In this document: positions 62,765-64,000 of the stretch, one piece after another
How the letters are laid out: every line of letters begins with the position of its first letter
Position numbering within the stretch: the first letter of the stretch is position 1
Origin: an uncultured Planctomycetota bacterium
GTDB taxonomy: Bacteria > Planctomycetota > Planctomycetia > Gemmatales > Gemmataceae
NCBI GenBank assembly: GCA_963849325.1
Contig: CAWKHF010000013.1
Span: forward strand, 1 to 64,000
Length of the DNA stretch: 64,000 bases
Direction: 5' to 3'
The notes under the pieces: model-generated
What the model saw: only the letters and a program-made list of their open reading frames with translations
Told to the model about the DNA's origin: nothing
The model's database searches: none
Program-made: the position numbers and the translations under genes

Positions 62765-64000
62765 TCAATCATTCAACGGCTGCGTGCTGCGCAGGTAGGC
62801 GAACAGGTCGCGCACCTGCTGATCGGTGAGACCCTTCAGCAGTCCTTCGGGCATCAGCGATTTCTTGTGCGGCGTCATCTCCTCGATCTGCTCCTGGCGG
62901 ACGGTGACGGTCTGACCGTCGGCACCGCGGAGGACGACGACGCGGTTGTCCTTGTCCACCAGCAGGCCGGCCAGCAATCGGCCGTCCTTGGTCTCGATCT
63001 GGTAGGTCTCATAGCCCTCGCGGACCTCGGCGCTGGGGTTGACGACGTGCAGCAGCATGTTGGCGACGTCGTTGCGCTGGAAGGTCGTCAGATCGGGTCC
63101 GACCTTGCCGCCCTGGCCGAACAGGGTGTGGCACTTGGCGCAGGAGTTGAGAAACAGCTTCTTGCCGGGGTAGGGGCTGCCGGCGCCGCCGCGCAGCACG
63201 CCCTCCAGCCGGGCGATCTCCTGCTGCATCTCGGCCGTCGTCGCTCCTTCCACCTTGCCCCAGTGCTTGGCGACCAGGCGAGCGATGCGCTCGTCGCGGT
63301 GGGCCGCCAGCTTCCGCACCGTCTCGGCGGGCACCGTGGCGCGATCGATCTGCTCCTTGTCCACCGCTTCGAGCAGCTGCAACGCCCAGACCTTACGACT
63401 GGCCAACAGCGTCCGAGCGACGTCGCGCACGTCGTCGTTGAATTTGCCGTAGAGCCGAAGGACGGTCGCGCCGATCTCCGGGCGGTCGTACTGCTGGAGC
63501 GCCGTCAGGGCCGCCATGCGCAGGACGTCGTCGCGGGTGTGCTCGATAAGATCGAGCAGGACCGGCAGCGCTCGCGGTTGCCGAATTTCGCCGAGAATCT
63601 GGACGTACTGCAAGCGCTCGTTGACGTCGGCGCGGGCGTCGGCGACGACGGCCAGCGCCTTGGCGACGGACTCCGGCCGATTCTGACGCAGGCCGAGCAC
63701 GACGGAACTGCCGGCGTACTTGGCCAGCGCCTCGGCCAGTTCGGCCGGCAGGTCGCCGAGCGGCCGGCCGTGGAACGCCTCCTCGAAGCCGCGCAGCAGT
63801 CGCTTGGCGCACTCGGCATCAGGGGCCAGCCGCAGCAGGCGGGCGCAGGTGAGCAGATCCTTGCGGGTGCCTGCCGCCGCGTAACGCCGCATCAGACGGT
63901 GCAAGAGGTGCGTCCGCACCATCGGCAGCCGCCACACCGCCGAGTCCTCCAGCAGCGCCACGACCCGATCGCGGTCGGATGTACACTTGGACTCGATCGC
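62765..64000 (-). CDS. PVC-type haem-binding CxxCH protein, C-terminal part (5' end outside window)
   Basis: 'CAKCH...GGKVGPDLT', 'PSAEVREGY', 'SLMPEGL', 'DLFAYL'. Confidence 0.88.
   Translation of the reverse strand, partial: AIESKCTSDRDRVVALLEDSAVWRLPMVRTHLLHRLMRRYAAAGTRKDLLTCARLLRLAPDAECAKRLLRGFEEAFHGRPLGDLPAELAEALAKYAGSSVVLGLRQNRPESVAKALAVVADARADVNERLQYVQILGEIRQPRALPVLLDLIEHTRDDVLRMAALTALQQYDRPEIGATVLRLYGKFNDDVRDVARTLLASRKVWALQLLEAVDKEQIDRATVPAETVRKLAAHRDERIARLVAKHWGKVEGATTAEMQQEIARLEGVLRGGAGSPYPGKKLFLNSCAKCHTLFGQGGKVGPDLTTFQRNDVANMLLHVVNPSAEVREGYETYQIETKDGRLLAGLLVDKDNRVVVLRGADGQTVTVRQEQIEEMTPHKKSLMPEGLLKGLTDQQVRDLFAYLRSTQPLND

Noticed and set aside
1-64000. tRNA, rRNA or sel machinery genes
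   Set aside because: None recognised by eye. tRNAscan-SE, including the Sec model, would be needed to exclude them.

Overview
GC-rich bacterial DNA, very probably Planctomycetota (Gemmataceae-like), based on DUF1501, PVC-type CxxCH proteins, a PV-type BMC locus and an LExLxDR export motif. Many genes at about 2.6-4.8, 18, 23.8-28, 39-48.5 and 57.7-62.7 kb carry small frameshifts that look like assembly indels. The main result is invisible in the ORF track. The + strand operon at 9310-16077 has six genes with ten in-frame TGA codons, placed where the families normally have metal-binding Cys and followed by SECIS-like hairpins. The six are a B12-domain radical SAM with a C-U-A-E-P tail, a secreted HMA-like protein with tandem UU, two MerT/MerF-like membrane proteins (U; UxxxU) and two MerP/CopZ-like HMA proteins (UxxU; UxxxU). 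They are interleaved with DUF169, an FGE-sulfatase-domain protein and a LysA-type PLP decarboxylase. I interpret this as a candidate selenocysteine-rich metal/metalloid capture-and-modification system. A seventh probable selenoprotein, a thioredoxin-NHL protein with C-U-I-N-C, lies at 52958-54553. No selA/B/C/D gene is visible in the window, so Sec decoding is inferred rather than shown. Other contents: a YbhGFSR/TolC-like ABC exporter, PPi-PFK, sqdB, a PV-type BMC locus, an IS3-family element with 4-bp TSD inside a low-GC island bounded by a decayed duplicate of an HD-gene 3' end, a recN fragment, and several families of intergenic palindromic repeats, including inverted (TTTAGGG)n tracts.
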